A stretch of 64,000 nt of DNA from Deltaproteobacteria bacterium GWC2_55_46 (GTDB taxonomy: Bacteria; Desulfobacterota; GWC2-55-46), in the NCBI GenBank assembly GCA_001595385.3, contig LVEI03000002.1:51924-115923 (forward strand). Direction: 5' to 3'. The notes under the pieces are model-generated. The model was not told the origin of the DNA, searched no databases, and saw nothing but the letters and a program-made list of their open reading frames with translations. Numbering within the stretch: position 1 is the stretch's first letter; the number at the start of each line of letters is the position of its first letter. The position numbers and the translations under genes are program-made. Positions 42,754-52,944 of the stretch are shown piece after piece.

Positions 42754-43781
42754 AGCGGCTGCTCAATACGCTTTTTGTCACCACTCAAGGCGCATACCTT
42801 TCCCGCGAAGGAGAGACCGTGCTCGTCCGGGTGGAATACGAAACAAAGCTTCGGGTGCCGATCCACACCCTCGGAGGGATAGTTTGTTTCGGACAGGTCT
42901 CGGCGAGCCCTCCGCTTATGGAACTGTGTGGAGAGGCGGGCGTTACGCTCTCTTTTTTGAGCGAGCATGGTCATTTCATTGCACGGGTGCACGGCCCCGT
43001 TTCGGGGAATGTGCTTTTAAGGCGCGAACAATATCGTCGTGCGGATGACGAGACGTCCTCCTCCGTGGTTGCGCGCGCAGTTCTTGTCGCAAAGGTCGCC
43101 AATTGCCGTACGGTTCTACTGCGCTCCGCGCGGGAGAAGCCGGATGCTGATAGCGCGGAGGCCCTTCTTTCCGCCTCCGGGCGCCTGTCGCGAATACTCA
43201 AAAGTCTTGAGAATGAAGCCTCTCTCGATGCCCTCCGGGGCATGGAAGGGGAGGCGGCGCGTACATACTTCAGCGTATTCGATCACCTCGTGCTGTCTCA
43301 GAAGGAAGACTTTTATTTTACGGAGAGGAGCCGAAGGCCTCCGCTTGACAACCTCAACGCGCTGCTCTCATTCATCTACACCTTGCTTGCCCACGATGTC
43401 GCATCGGCGCTTGAGGGTGTGGGGCTTGACCCGGCTGTGGGCTTTTTGCACCGGGACAGACCCGGAAGGCCGGGGCTTGCGCTCGATCTCATGGAGGAGT
43501 TAAGGCCTTTCCTTGCCGACCGGCTGGCGCTTTCTCTTGTGAACCGGCAGCAGGTGAAGGGCAAGGGGTTCAACGCAACCGAGACCAGGGCGGTTATGAT
43601 GGACGACAAAACGCGGAAGGAGGTGCTTGTATCTTATCAAAAACGCAAGCAGGAGGAGATTCAGCATCCTTTCCTGGGCGAAAAGGTGGCAATCGGGCTT
43701 CTCCCTCATTGTCAGGCGATGCTCCTTGCGCGTTATCTGCGTGGCGACATGGATGGATATCCACCGTTCATTTATAAATGA
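42750..43781 (+). CDS. cas1: Cas1 integrase
   Basis: 343 aa. NTLFVTTQGAYL..EGE..., EG.AAR.YF, LN.LLSF.YTLL motifs. ATGA overlap. Confidence 0.9.
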   Translation: MKRLLNTLFVTTQGAYLSREGETVLVRVEYETKLRVPIHTLGGIVCFGQVSASPPLMELCGEAGVTLSFLSEHGHFIARVHGPVSGNVLLRREQYRRADDETSSSVVARAVLVAKVANCRTVLLRSAREKPDADSAEALLSASGRLSRILKSLENEASLDALRGMEGEAARTYFSVFDHLVLSQKEDFYFTERSRRPPLDNLNALLSFIYTLLAHDVASALEGVGLDPAVGFLHRDRPGRPGLALDLMEELRPFLADRLALSLVNRQQVKGKGFNATETRAVMMDDKTRKEVLVSYQKRKQEEIQHPFLGEKVAIGLLPHCQAMLLARYLRGDMDGYPPFIYK

Positions 43782-43790
43782 GGTCAGGTC

Positions 43791-44081
43791 ATGATGGTAT
43801 TGGTGACTTATGATGTGAATACTGAGACCGAGGCAGGCAAAAAAAGGCTCAGGCGCGTTGCCAAAGTATGTGAGAACACCGGCCAGCGGGTGCAGAACTC
43901 GGTTTTTGAATGCCTGGTGGACCCAGCCCGATGGGTCGATATGCGCCAAAAGCTGATTAAGGAGATCGACCCTGCCGTTGATAGTCTGCGGTTCTATTTT
44001 TTGGGGAGCAACTGGAAACGGCGGATTGAGCACGCCGGAGCAAAACCCGCGTATGACCCCGAAGGGCCTCTCATCGTCTAA
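43791..44081 (+). CDS. cas2: Cas2
   Basis: MMVLVTYDV.....GKKRLRRVAK.C...GQRVQNSVFEC is the canonical Cas2 sequence. Confidence 0.9.
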   Translation: MMVLVTYDVNTETEAGKKRLRRVAKVCENTGQRVQNSVFECLVDPARWVDMRQKLIKEIDPAVDSLRFYFLGSNWKRRIEHAGAKPAYDPEGPLIV

Positions 44082-44265
44082 GAGTTCCGCGTACCATAAG
44101 CGGACACGAAAAGACCTGCAGATTCGCGACGTATGTATCTTATTGAAATAAAAACAAAAATTCGGTGTTAAGGAGGAATGTGAACAAAGAGAGGGCTAAG
44201 GAAAAGGATGGTTCGCGAAAACACGTGTGCAAGTTCCTGGTTTTTGAATAGTATTTGGTGTTGCC
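44082..44265 (+). promoter_or_regulatory. CRISPR leader (AT-rich)
   Basis: Lies between cas2 and repeat 1 and contains TTATTGAAATAAAAACAAAAATT. The degenerate repeat is at the far end of the array. Confidence 0.6.
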
Positions 44266-45231
44266 GTCGCTCCCCGCGCGGGAGCGTGGATTGAAACCGG
44301 TATGGTCAAGATCCAGTGTGACTATCGGCAGGGTCGCTCCCCGCGCGGGAGCGTGGATTGAAACTTCGTTCCGGAATCGAGCGCGACCTCTAGCACCGTC
44401 GCTCCCCGCGCGGGAGCGTGGATTGAAACATGGTCTTCATCTCAATAAAGAGGCCGTGCTTCCCGGTCGCTCCCCGCGCGGGAGCGTGGATTGAAACTGT
44501 TTCTCTTTAAGGCTCTCTCTGGGACTGATTTTGTCGCTCCCCGCGCGGGAGCGTGGATTGAAACGCGGGACTGGGAGCATAGGATTTCCCGGTCTGTAAG
44601 TCGCTCCCCGCGCGGGAGCGTGGATTGAAACCTTTCAGATCTCTTCGGCATCCTCGCGAAACACGGTCGCTCCCCGCGCGGGAGCGTGGATTGAAACAGG
44701 ATTAGCGGGTGCGCATTTGGCTATAAATTCAGTCGCTCCCCGCGCGGGAGCGTGGATTGAAACGCGTAATGTCATACACCTACCAAATACCTCTTGCAGT
44801 CGCTCCCCGCGCGGGAGCGTGGATTGAAACTGTTAAAAGTAGTTGCGGTGCCTAAATCAACGCAAGTCGCTCCCCGCGCGGGAGCGTGGATTGAAACGAT
44901 GTTGTACCCGTTGACCGGGTGCTTGATCTCCGTCGCTCCCCGCGCGGGAGCGTGGATTGAAACGACGGCATAACCTTCCGCGTAATCTGCCGTATAACGT
45001 CGCTCCCCGCGCGGGAGCGTGGATTGAAACGCTATAGTTACGAGTCTGTCAGCCATCAGAATACGTCGCTCCCCGCGCGGGAGCGTGGATTGAAACTAAA
45101 CACAAGCGGAAACCCCGTCTCAATGACTTCATGTCGCTCCCCGCGCGGGAGCGTGGATTGAAACAGGGAAGGGAAGAAGGAAGAGGCGGCGAAGTGGAAG
45201 TCGCTCCCCGCGCGGGAGCGTGGATTGAGTT
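44266..45231 (+). CRISPR. Type I-C CRISPR array, 15 repeats and 14 spacers
   Basis: 32-nt repeat GTCGCTCCCCGCGCGGGAGCGTGGATTGAAAC. Spacers are 33-36 nt. The last repeat (45200-45231) ends ...GATTGAGTT (degenerate). Confidence 0.97.
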
Positions 45232-45388
45232 CGTGCCGCAGACCTTGATACAAACCTGATTCTTTTGTTTGGTTTTAGGGTACCCCCTCTAGTAGTCCTT
45301 GCTTAAGCTTCTCCACAAGAAGCTGCCCTTCCCCCGATTTAGTGGACACACCAAAAGGTTAGTGTTATAGGAGTCTAATCCTGGAGGT

Positions 45389-45697
45389 GTGAAGATGGAG
45401 GGAGGAAGCGGCAGGAGGAAGTTCGACAGTGAGTTCAAGAGGGAGGCTGTACGGCAGGTTGTAGAGGGCGGGCGTCCTGTTGCGGAAGTGGCAAGGAGCC
45501 TCGGGATTCATGAGATGCTTCTGCACAAGTGGAAGCGGCAGTATTCGGAGGACCCCGGAGATTGTTTTCCTGGCAAGGGGCATTTAAAGCCGCAGGAGGA
45601 AGAGATAAGGCGGCTTAAGCGGGAACTCGAAGACGCCAAGCAGGACCGTGAGATTCTAAAAAAAGCGTTGGCCATCTTCTCAAAGCACCGCGGATGA
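45389..45697 (+). CDS. IS3-family transposase OrfA (HTH)
   Basis: RRKFDSEFKREAVRQVVEGGRPVAEVARSLGI....L.KW is the IS3/IS911 OrfA signature. Confidence 0.85.
   Translation: MKMEGGSGRRKFDSEFKREAVRQVVEGGRPVAEVARSLGIHEMLLHKWKRQYSEDPGDCFPGKGHLKPQEEEIRRLKRELEDAKQDREILKKALAIFSKHRG
45658..45665 (+). promoter_or_regulatory. Programmed -1 frameshift slippery site (AAAAAAAG)
   Basis: An A7G run near the orfA 3' end, where the orfB frame opens. The mechanism is established for IS3/IS911. Confidence 0.55.
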
Positions 45698-46555
45698 AGT
45701 ACGAGTTCATGGAAAAAGAGCGCTCCCGGTTCGCGGTGGAGAGGATGTGCCGGCTTTTTGGTCTAACAAGGAGCGGCTATTACGCCTGGTTGAGAGAAAG
45801 GGGCACCGGAAGACGGCTTAAGGAGAACGAGGCCCTTCTGGAGGCGATCAGGCGGTCTTACCGGGCAAGCCGTGGCACATACGGGAGCCCGCGCATTACC
45901 GAGGACATAAGGGACACCGGCCTCCAGTGCGGGGATAACCGTATCGCCAGGCTAATGCGTATAAACGGGATAGCAGCAAAGACCAGGCGGAGGTTCAAGG
46001 CGACGACCAACTCAAGGCATTGCCTTCCCGTGTCTCCTAACCTGCTTAACAGGCATTTTACGGCTGATGGGCCCAACAAGGTCTGGACTTCCGATATCAC
46101 TTACGTATGGACCGAAGAAGGCTGGCTATACCTGGCGGTTGTCCTTGACGTGTTCTCGCGTCAGATAGTGGGCTGGTCGATGGGGGAGAGGATAGATACG
46201 GCTCTTGCCTTAAGGGCTTTCAATCAGGCCGTAATGAGGCGTATACCGACCCCAGGGCTTATCTTCCACTCTGACCGTGGCAGCTAATACGCAAGCGCTG
46301 ACTTCAGGAAGGTCCTGAAAAGTTGCGGCGCCATCCAGAGCATGAGCAACAAGGGCGATTGCTACGATAACGCCGTAACAGAGACGTTCTTCCATACTCT
46401 GAAAACGGAGCTTGTTTACTTCGAGAGATATACAACAAGGGCAGAGCAAAGAGGGGATTTTCGAATACATCGAGGCGTTCTACAATCGCCTCAGGCGGCA
46501 CTCGGCATTGGGATACCGCTCGCCTCATGCGTTCGAGCAGTCAAAAGTAGCTTAA
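45694..46555 (+). pseudogene. IS3-family transposase OrfB (DDE), inactivated
   Basis: In-frame TAA at 46285-46287 within the HSDRGS(Q)YAS motif. A frameshift near 46450 precedes the conserved [20 protein letters not shown] tail. Confidence 0.8.
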
Positions 46556-46777
46556 CCGTGTGTCCATTTTTTCGGGGGAAGATCACACAGAATATTACCA
46601 GGTGACATAGTTATACCTTTCAGTTCCTTTTTAAACCTACTGCGTCTTTATTAAACCGGGTGGATAATCGCTGGTTTTATGGAAGCTTACACTGAATAGA
46701 TTTGAAGACTCCTTTTAGGTAGTATTTGTTTATATAAGATTTAAAAAAATTATAGTTTTTTATTATAAAAAATATAT

Positions 46778-46805
46778 TTGCAGGCGATTACATTTTTAGT
46801 ATAAA
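46778..46805 (+). promoter_or_regulatory. Sigma70-like promoter candidate (TTGCAG-N16-TATAAA)
   Basis: Within a strongly AT-rich 130-bp block upstream of the TPR gene. Confidence 0.3.
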
Positions 46806-46962
46806 ATCTATTCGTATCTCTGATTGTTTTAGGTGAGATATCAAAGGAAATTAATTGCTGCTTTAAAGTTTTTGCTTCATTCCAGATGATCATTTTTCAT
46901 TCAATAGGCTTTGGGCCAGAGTTTTCTGGGCCTTCTGTAAAATCAATAAAGGAGATAAGCGA

Positions 46963-47592
46963 GTGAGGAAACTTTTTTCAGCGATAATCTGTTTTTTTGT
47001 GTTGACCGGCATTTCTGTGGCGGAGGAGGCCGCTGAGTTAAGCGCTTCAAAAGCCAAACTGGTTGAAATAAGAGGGATGCTTGATGAGGTAGCCGTTTTA
47101 AAGGAGAAAAACGACTCTGTCTGGCAGCCTAAGGTCTATAAAGCATTCAATGAGCTTAAAAAAGTATATACGGCTGAGATAGATAATGCCGAAATGTATC
47201 TGCTGTTTGCGAGGAGTTATCATTATAATGACAGGCGTAACAAAGCATTGACCACGCTTAAAAAGGTCTTTTATTTTGACCCTACGAATGTAGAGGGCCT
47301 GATGCTTAAGGGTGATATCTTTTTTGATGACCTGAAAAAGATGGATTCATTCGCGGATAGAAGCTTGAGCATAGAGAAGCAGAATGGACTGGAACAGTAC
47401 GAAGCCGCGCTTAAAGCGCCCGGGATCAGCAAGGAAACGGAAGCAATGATCTATCTTAGAATAGGCGATCTCTATGAGCTTACATCTGAGAAGGGAAAGG
47501 CACAAGAGGCCTGGAGCAAGGCGGTGAGCGCCGCTCCTGGTTCAGCTTCCGCGCTAAAGTCTGAAGAGAAGCTCAACAAATTGAAAAAATAA
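46963..47592 (+). CDS. Secreted TPR-repeat protein
   Basis: GTG start after AAGGAG. Signal peptide MRKLFSAIICFFVLTGISVA. TPR-like helical repeats. Confidence 0.65.
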   Translation: MRKLFSAIICFFVLTGISVAEEAAELSASKAKLVEIRGMLDEVAVLKEKNDSVWQPKVYKAFNELKKVYTAEIDNAEMYLLFARSYHYNDRRNKALTTLKKVFYFDPTNVEGLMLKGDIFFDDLKKMDSFADRSLSIEKQNGLEQYEAALKAPGISKETEAMIYLRIGDLYELTSEKGKAQEAWSKAVSAAPGSASALKSEEKLNKLKK

Positions 47593-47667
47593 TGGCAAGG
47601 GGGCTGCATCCTTTAGGATGTCGACCCCCTTGTTGCAAGATATTGAACTAAATGGTATTTTAACCGT

Positions 47668-48030
47668 GTGATAACGCACGGGATAGATATCGCCCATATA
47701 GAAAGGATAAGGGAGCTTTCTGAGCACCAGACTTTTCTGGAAAGGGTGTTTACAGAAGGCGAGATTGCCTACTCTTTCTCAAAACCTGAGCCGCATAAGC
47801 ACCTGGCGGGCCGTTTTGCTGTAAAAGAAGCTGTAATGAAGGCCCTTGGCACAGGATGGGCACTGGGTGTCACCTGGACGGATATCGAGGTAATAAACTG
47901 GCCTGATAAGAGCCCTGTTGTTCACTTGAAAGATGAGGCCGCCAGACTGTCATATGGCAAACGAATACACATCAGTATCTCTTATTCAAGCGGTTTAGCC
48001 TTCGCCGCGGCAGTCATCGAGAGCCTCTGA
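47668..48030 (+). CDS. acpS: Holo-[acyl-carrier-protein] synthase (4'-phosphopantetheinyl transferase)
   Basis: GIDIAHIERI...RVFTEGE...LAGRFAVKEAVMKALGTG is the AcpS signature. 120 aa. Confidence 0.85.
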   Translation: MITHGIDIAHIERIRELSEHQTFLERVFTEGEIAYSFSKPEPHKHLAGRFAVKEAVMKALGTGWALGVTWTDIEVINWPDKSPVVHLKDEAARLSYGKRIHISISYSSGLAFAAAVIESL

Positions 48031-48041
48031 ACCAAAGGGCT

Positions 48042-49487
48042 TCAACCAAGTTTCTTTTCCACACGGCCTGCGGCCTTGTGCCCGGAATAGGCTGCGGCAA
48101 CAACACCACCGCCGGTGCCTTCCCAATGTCCTGCCAGATAAAGTCCGTCAATGAATGTGTTGAGGGGCCGTAGCCCCGGAGACTGAGTCCATCCGTAAGC
48201 TGCTCCACCAGTATTAGCTGTATACCGCTCAAGGGTCGCAGGTGTAGCTACCTCGACATGGGCGGCGCTGCGGCAAATCCCAGGGATTATCAGGTCCGCT
48301 TTTTTCAGTATTTTATCTGTAAGTTCCCCTTTTGATGCCTTCCAATCATTCTTGAAAGAGAAACTGGACATCTCGTGCGCCGTTACCGAATGAATTCCGT
48401 CAGGGGCCATGTCAGGGTCAATTAACGACGGTATTGTGATGCCTATGGAACCGGCAGTGTTGAAACAAGCCTCTTCGGTAAAATTGTAATCCATGTCGAA
48501 GGTAGGATAATAACCGATGCTGGATGACCTTTCCAGATGGCTCAGGTCCATTTTTACCCCGGCGTAAAGTATGAAAAAAGAAGAGGAAGCTCCTGTGACC
48601 TTCTGCGCCAAAGCCCTCGGCTGGTCTGCTTTAGTTGAAAGCATCTCAAAGGTCTTGTAAAAATCAATATTCGAGATAACCGTCTTTGATGTGAACTCGT
48701 CTCCGTCCGAGGTTGCGACTCCTATAGCCTTTCCGTTCTCTACTATGATGCGTTCTGCTTTTTTTTTGAAGATGACTTCCGAACCTCTTGATTTTATGCC
48801 TGAGCTGATAGCCTCCGCGAGCCTCTGCGAGCCGCCCTTTATTCTCCAGGCCCCTGATGAAAAATAACTCATTATGAGAGCTATCATCGCTACAGAGCCG
48901 ACCCTTGTGGGAGGCACTCCGTAAAAAGGGCACCTGTCGGACAACACCGCCTTTAGCCTTGTGTCTTTTATACAAGTATCCAGCAGTTCTCCATAGGTAA
49001 GTCTGCTGAGTTCCACGATGTTTACGGGAATGCGCTCGTGTGGGAGAAGGCCCGCAATGAAATCTCCCCAACCCTTTATCTCGGAGTAAACAGCATTGAA
49101 AATCCTGAACAGGGAATCTATTCCGGCACTCTCCGATGGGAAGAGGGACTTAAGCTCACTGATATATCTTTCGATATCCGCATGGACATGAATTGTAAGA
49201 CCCGGGAATATCGAGGTCCGTATCGGGTCGAGGCGTATGGGTTTTAAAGTTTTTTCGACACCTAAGGAAGAAAGTACGATTGAAACAGGGCCGTTTGCAT
49301 CCAGCCCGCTGAAACAGTCGACGCATGAGTCGAAGGTAATGGAACGCCTCCTGAAAGACTGTAAATAACCGCCAGGTACAGGGTTCTGCTCAAGTATAAG
49401 CACCTTGTAACCTTTAGAAGCAAGTCTGCCCCCGGCTACGAGGCCCCCGATTCCCGAGCCTATTATCACGCAATCGAAATCAGGCAT
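48042..49487 (-). CDS. FAD-dependent oxidoreductase, phytoene-desaturase (CrtI)-like family
   Basis: N-terminal FDCVIIGSGIGGLVAGGRLASKGYKVLILEQNPVPGG dinucleotide fold. C-terminal GLYLAGHW..TGGGV. Confidence 0.8.
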   Translation of the reverse strand: MPDFDCVIIGSGIGGLVAGGRLASKGYKVLILEQNPVPGGYLQSFRRRSITFDSCVDCFSGLDANGPVSIVLSSLGVEKTLKPIRLDPIRTSIFPGLTIHVHADIERYISELKSLFPSESAGIDSLFRIFNAVYSEIKGWGDFIAGLLPHERIPVNIVELSRLTYGELLDTCIKDTRLKAVLSDRCPFYGVPPTRVGSVAMIALIMSYFSSGAWRIKGGSQRLAEAISSGIKSRGSEVIFKKKAERIIVENGKAIGVATSDGDEFTSKTVISNIDFYKTFEMLSTKADQPRALAQKVTGASSSFFILYAGVKMDLSHLERSSSIGYYPTFDMDYNFTEEACFNTAGSIGITIPSLIDPDMAPDGIHSVTAHEMSSFSFKNDWKASKGELTDKILKKADLIIPGICRSAAHVEVATPATLERYTANTGGAAYGWTQSPGLRPLNTFIDGLYLAGHWEGTGGGVVAAAYSGHKAAGRVEKKLG

Positions 49488-51931
49488 CAGTTTTTCTTTT
49501 TCTCAATAAGTGAAAGCAAGGAGGGGAGAAGCAATAAAGAGGTGAACAGGCTCATAAGGACGCCTATGGTTATCACCGCGCCCAGGGAAGCGATACCCTC
49601 AAAGCTCATGGTTATAAGAGAGCCGAAACCGGCTATGGTCGTAAGCGCGCACATGATTACAGATTTCCAGATTTTTTCGATACCTTCTCCAGGATTGCCT
49701 TCATTTTCAATATAGCCCTGCATGATATAGACGCTGTAATCGATGCCTATTCCTAATATGAGCGCGACAGCGCCTATATTGATGTAGTTAAAGCGTATCC
49801 CGAGGATGGACATGGCTCCAACTGTCAAGAGAAAGGTTATTAACAGTGAAGCCTGGACAGCCAGGGTCCATTTGAGCTTTTTGAATTGGAACCATATTAT
49901 GAATGTTATGATGAGATAAGTGATGCCTGAAGCGATCGTGATATCCTTTATGAGCGCTCCCTTGAGCGTCCTCAGCATTACAGGCGCACCTGTGATGGAA
50001 GTTCCCGGGACTTTGCTGATTTCATCTGAGACTGTCTTTATCGAATCGTCATCCCACTTTTCCTTAGGGAAAATATATGAAGCGGTCTTGAAGCGCTCCG
50101 GGTTGTAAAAGAGCCTGATTTTTTTATCCGAGTTGGCCTTAAGCTCGCTTAGCGTGATAAGGGACTTGTTATTGTAAGCCTGTGCCACCTGTTCGATGTA
50201 CTTTTCCTGATATGCTCCGGTTTTGAACCCGTTTGCTTTCAGGGCCTTCAAAAAGCGTTCTTTCAATTCACCGGCTTCGAGACACTTATCGGTTCTTTCG
50301 ATAGCAGCTTTCTGTTGTGAGGGGGGCGGCAAAAAAAGGCTCAGGGACGAGTAGGACCCTATCTTCGATTCAGCTTCAAGACTCTTGAAAGATGATTCCA
50401 GCTGGTCGTAGGCAGATAGAAGCCCTTCACTGGAGGCAGCCTCATTTACGACTATGAGCGGGTTTTCACCTGTGTCAAACGCCGATGAAATCTTTTTTTG
50501 AAGGGCGAATACGGGGCTGCCGCTTTTGCCTATGGATTCCGGATCTGAATCAAACCTGAGCTTTGGGATGAAGATAAGGCTTATGATTACGGCGGCGGCT
50601 CCGATTGAAAGGAACAAAGCGGGCCTTCTCCGTACCGCTCCGGCGCTTTTCGAGAGGTTTTGTTTCAAAGGCGAGTTCGAGACGAGGCGCGGCCCGAGCA
50701 GGATGGCGGCCGGGCACATGAAAAATATCATCGTTAAAAGGCAGGCGAGCACCCCGATGCCTGCCACTATCCCGAATTCGTACATGCCCTTGAAGTCGGT
50801 AAAAAGTATCGAGAAGAACGCGAGAGATGTGGTGACAGAGCCGACCACAACACCTGGCAAGACTCTGGTAAAGGCCGCTTCGAGCGCTTTTACGCGGTCC
50901 CCGCTTGCTCTGTACTCCTCCTCCCAACGGTTGAAAATATGAATTATATAGTCTATCCCCATTCCCATGAGCATCACTATGACGACGCATGAGACCATAT
51001 TGAGTCCGCCAAAAAAAACATAGGCGAAAGCGAGCGTATAAATGAGCGCGATTGCGAGCGTAACGGCAGTCAATATAAGGACGAGCAGCCTTTTTCTGTA
51101 AACGAACTGGAAGAGTAATATGATAATAATGCTTGATGTAACGAAGTTGGTGACGATCTCATCTTTTAATGACGAATGGGCCTCCATTGCAAAGGCATAA
51201 GGGCCGGTGAGGCCGATTGTTACGCCATCTGTGCCGTCAAGCGCCGCCCCTATGATTGAATTCATCTCGGTGGAGAACTCTTCGATGAACTCCATGTCCC
51301 GCGCCGTTTTTTTCGGTTTCACGAACATGAGGAGCATCGTCTGCTCCTTGTCCATGTAATACCCGCCCTGGCCGGAAAATCCCTTTTTGGAGATACTTTT
51401 CAGGACTATCGAACCAAGGTCGAGTGGGTCTTTTGAGATGAGGTCAGCCGCCACCGGCGAGGATACCGGAGAGAAGAGCGTTTCACGGTTTTTTCCGAGC
51501 TGCTCTGCCATCCCAGCCGGACTGAGCCTCTTGTCGAGCTCGTCTGATTCAGCAGGTCCAAGGAAAAGCGGGAAACGCTTGAGCAGGAGTTCCGGCTTGG
51601 ACTTGAGAGCGTTGTAATCGACATATTCTACATATTCAGATGAAGTGAGCTTTTCTGCGAGGTACTCAACGACTTCGATGTGCTCAAATACGTTCCCGTC
51701 CTTTGTCTCGATAGCGATGATTAGGTTGTCGGCCGAACCGAAATCCTCAAGAAAATCCTTGAACCTGGTGATGTTCGGGTCGTTCGAAGGCAGGACATCG
51801 AGCATGTCGGTCTTAAATTCTATCCGTAAGACCAGGGAAGCCAAGACGATGGCGAGTGTCACTGACGCAAGGGCCAGGAGCCTGTAATGGCCTATTATGA
51901 ATTGCGCTAATCTGTGAAAGAATATGTTCAT
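49487..51931 (-). CDS. MMPL/RND-superfamily exporter (HpnN/ApeM-like)
   Basis: 814 aa. Two 6-TM bundles, each following a large periplasmic loop. Its stop overlaps the downstream gene's start. Confidence 0.8.
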   Translation of the reverse strand: MNIFFHRLAQFIIGHYRLLALASVTLAIVLASLVLRIEFKTDMLDVLPSNDPNITRFKDFLEDFGSADNLIIAIETKDGNVFEHIEVVEYLAEKLTSSEYVEYVDYNALKSKPELLLKRFPLFLGPAESDELDKRLSPAGMAEQLGKNRETLFSPVSSPVAADLISKDPLDLGSIVLKSISKKGFSGQGGYYMDKEQTMLLMFVKPKKTARDMEFIEEFSTEMNSIIGAALDGTDGVTIGLTGPYAFAMEAHSSLKDEIVTNFVTSSIIIILLFQFVYRKRLLVLILTAVTLAIALIYTLAFAYVFFGGLNMVSCVVIVMLMGMGIDYIIHIFNRWEEEYRASGDRVKALEAAFTRVLPGVVVGSVTTSLAFFSILFTDFKGMYEFGIVAGIGVLACLLTMIFFMCPAAILLGPRLVSNSPLKQNLSKSAGAVRRRPALFLSIGAAAVIISLIFIPKLRFDSDPESIGKSGSPVFALQKKISSAFDTGENPLIVVNEAASSEGLLSAYDQLESSFKSLEAESKIGSYSSLSLFLPPPSQQKAAIERTDKCLEAGELKERFLKALKANGFKTGAYQEKYIEQVAQAYNNKSLITLSELKANSDKKIRLFYNPERFKTASYIFPKEKWDDDSIKTVSDEISKVPGTSITGAPVMLRTLKGALIKDITIASGITYLIITFIIWFQFKKLKWTLAVQASLLITFLLTVGAMSILGIRFNYINIGAVALILGIGIDYSVYIMQGYIENEGNPGEGIEKIWKSVIMCALTTIAGFGSLITMSFEGIASLGAVITIGVLMSLFTSLLLLPSLLSLIEKKKN

Positions 51932-52056
51932 GCCGGATAAAAAATACTATTGGTAAAACCATAAAGCAAGGGAGAATATGAGGGCGCTTTTACACTTTTA
52001 AAGAATCACTGTATATGCTATTCTAAGCAACCACTAAATACCCGTAAGAACACACA

Positions 52057-52944
52057 ATGTCCATAGAGCATTTCACCGAAGAAAAAAGGCATCTTCTCGC
52101 CAGGCCCGGCGTTTACAACTTCGGGATATGGAGTGCTGGATATATACCAAAGTTCCTTTCATACGGCGTGGCTGGAACTATCGCCGGAATCAGTTGTTTT
52201 TTTTACAAGGGCGCGAGGAAAAACCTTGAGAAAAACCTGAGGCGTGTCTTTCCCGAAGCAACTGAAGACAGCATAGCCGTGCTTGCGCGCAAAACCTTCA
52301 AGAACTACTCCAGATATCTTATCGATTACGCAAGGTTCAAATCAATAGATAAAGAGACCCTCGAAAGGGAGCTTGTTTGCATTGACGGGGGGCATTTCAT
52401 AGATGAATGCCTTTCGGGCGGAAAGGGGATAATCCTCCTGACCGCTCACCTTGGGAATTGGGAGCTCGGCGGCATTTTTTTCGGAAAGCACGACATAAAG
52501 ATAAATGTGCTTACAGCCAAGGACAATATCGATGAGATAACGGCAATAAAAGAACGATACAGAAAGTTCCATAATATAAGCACGATAGTGATAGGAGATA
52601 CGCCCTTTGCAGGTCTTGACGCGCTCAATGCCCTCATGCGTAATGAGGTCGTGGCCATGCTCGTCGACAGGGCCGCCGAAGGCGGGGTGCCTGTGCCTTT
52701 CTTCGGCACACCTACGACCTTTCCTGCCGGACCATTGCTCCTTGCTCGTGCCACAGGTTCTCCCATAATGCCGGCTTTTGTCGTAAGAGAGGGCAGTGGG
52801 TACAGGGCCATTGCCGAAAAGCCCATTTACTTCGATAAGGAAGCCGGCGATACGCTTGAGTCGGTCGCGGGGAAAGTAATAAAAAAATTTGAGCAGTACA
52901 TAAGGAAGTACCCGGATCAATGGTACAACTTTGTAGAGGTGTGA
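52057..52944 (+). CDS. Lysophospholipid/lipid A-type acyltransferase (LpxL/HtrB family)
   Basis: GIILLTAHLGNWELGG catalytic His motif. 295 aa. Confidence 0.75.
   Translation: MSIEHFTEEKRHLLARPGVYNFGIWSAGYIPKFLSYGVAGTIAGISCFFYKGARKNLEKNLRRVFPEATEDSIAVLARKTFKNYSRYLIDYARFKSIDKETLERELVCIDGGHFIDECLSGGKGIILLTAHLGNWELGGIFFGKHDIKINVLTAKDNIDEITAIKERYRKFHNISTIVIGDTPFAGLDALNALMRNEVVAMLVDRAAEGGVPVPFFGTPTTFPAGPLLLARATGSPIMPAFVVREGSGYRAIAEKPIYFDKEAGDTLESVAGKVIKKFEQYIRKYPDQWYNFVEV

Larger units (their letters stand above)
45331..46578 (+). mobile_element. IS3-family insertion sequence, decayed
   Basis: Imperfect terminal inverted repeats CCCCCGA...TGGACACAC at both ends. orfA/orfB organisation with an A7G slippery site. 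orfB is disrupted. Confidence 0.75.

Noticed and set aside
44255-45253. ORFs predicted inside the CRISPR array (44255-44494 +, 44442-44651 -, 44772-45056 -, 45056-45253 -).
   Set aside because: Their 'proteins' are periodic translations of the 32-nt repeat (SLPARERGLK / PRSRAGSD repeats). They are artefacts of the array.
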